NCBI GenBank assembly: GCA_031416075.1
Contig: JANOSY010000074.1
Location: 1 to 49,028, forward strand
Direction of reading: 5' to 3'
Source: Candidatus Tenderia sp.
GTDB lineage: Bacteria > Pseudomonadota > Gammaproteobacteria > Tenderiales > Tenderiaceae
Length of the DNA stretch: 49,028 nt
How positions within the stretch are numbered: position 1 is the stretch's first letter; every line of letters starts with the position of its first letter. The translations under genes and the position numbers were made by a program. This document shows, piece after piece, positions 48,793 to 49,028 of this stretch. Below the pieces are notes generated by a model that searched no databases, was not told where the DNA came from, and saw only the letters and a program-made list of their open reading frames with translations.

Positions 48793-48909
48793 GTGGAACG
48801 TGTAAAGGAAACCCTCGCATTAGCGCCATTCATCGGTCTTGCTATTGCATGCTCGTATCTCCAAGGTTATTGGGGAGCTTTTGAGATACTAGTGTACTGT
48901 AACAAATAG
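48793..48909 (+). pseudogene. 5' fragment of a membrane-protein gene interrupted by the IS630-like element
   Basis: VERVKETLALAPFIGLAIACSYLQGYWGAFEIL then runs into the IS end and stops. Confidence 0.45.
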
Positions 48910-49028
48910 TGTGATCATATATAATAGCGCTACTCCTTCCTTATTTTCTGGTGCGCTGACTATGCCTGTCCCCGTTGCTATCTCACTCACAGAAGAAGAA
49001 CGCCAAGAATTTCATCGCTGTTGTCGTA
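48892..49028 (+). mobile_element. Left end of an IS630-family-like element
   Basis: TA (48890-48891) followed by GTGTACTGTAACAAATAG, then an ORF 70 nt inside with an IS630-like N-terminus; boundary inferred, other end outside window. Confidence 0.6.
48962..49028 (+). CDS. IS630-like transposase N-terminus (runs off window)
   Basis: MPVPVAISLTEEERQEFHRCCR resembles the I.LTEEER.EL HTH start of IS630 transposases. Confidence 0.6.
   Translation, partial: MPVPVAISLTEEERQEFHRCCR

Overview
Gammaproteobacterial chromosomal segment. About 46 kb is conserved housekeeping DNA: pilT/yggS-proC-yggT, a dynamin-like GTPase, pyrE, argB-algC(long form)-dut-coaBC, radC-rpmB-rpmG, argJ-secA-M23 peptidase, dciA, the complete dcw cluster (mraZ to lpxC), rnpB, a di-heme cytochrome c peroxidase, rsmI/lpoA-yraN-gmhA(diaA)-dolP and a GlcD-like oxidase. 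Accessory DNA sits in three places. (1) Bases 1-1480 are the distal end of an integron cassette array (no integrase in the window). An IS110-family element with IS621-like end features sits exactly in the L' box of an attC site. It is followed by a complete cassette encoding a GIY-YIG/NUMOD3/NUMOD1 homing-endonuclease-like protein, then a truncated cassette, a 111-bp IS4-like MITE carrying a REP-like pair, and two GTAG-type REP dyads. (2) Bases 15302-16449 hold an AT-rich peptidoglycan amidase plus lipoprotein pair. (3) At the right edge an IS630-like element interrupts a small membrane-protein gene. All calls are from reading the sequence by eye; no searches were run.
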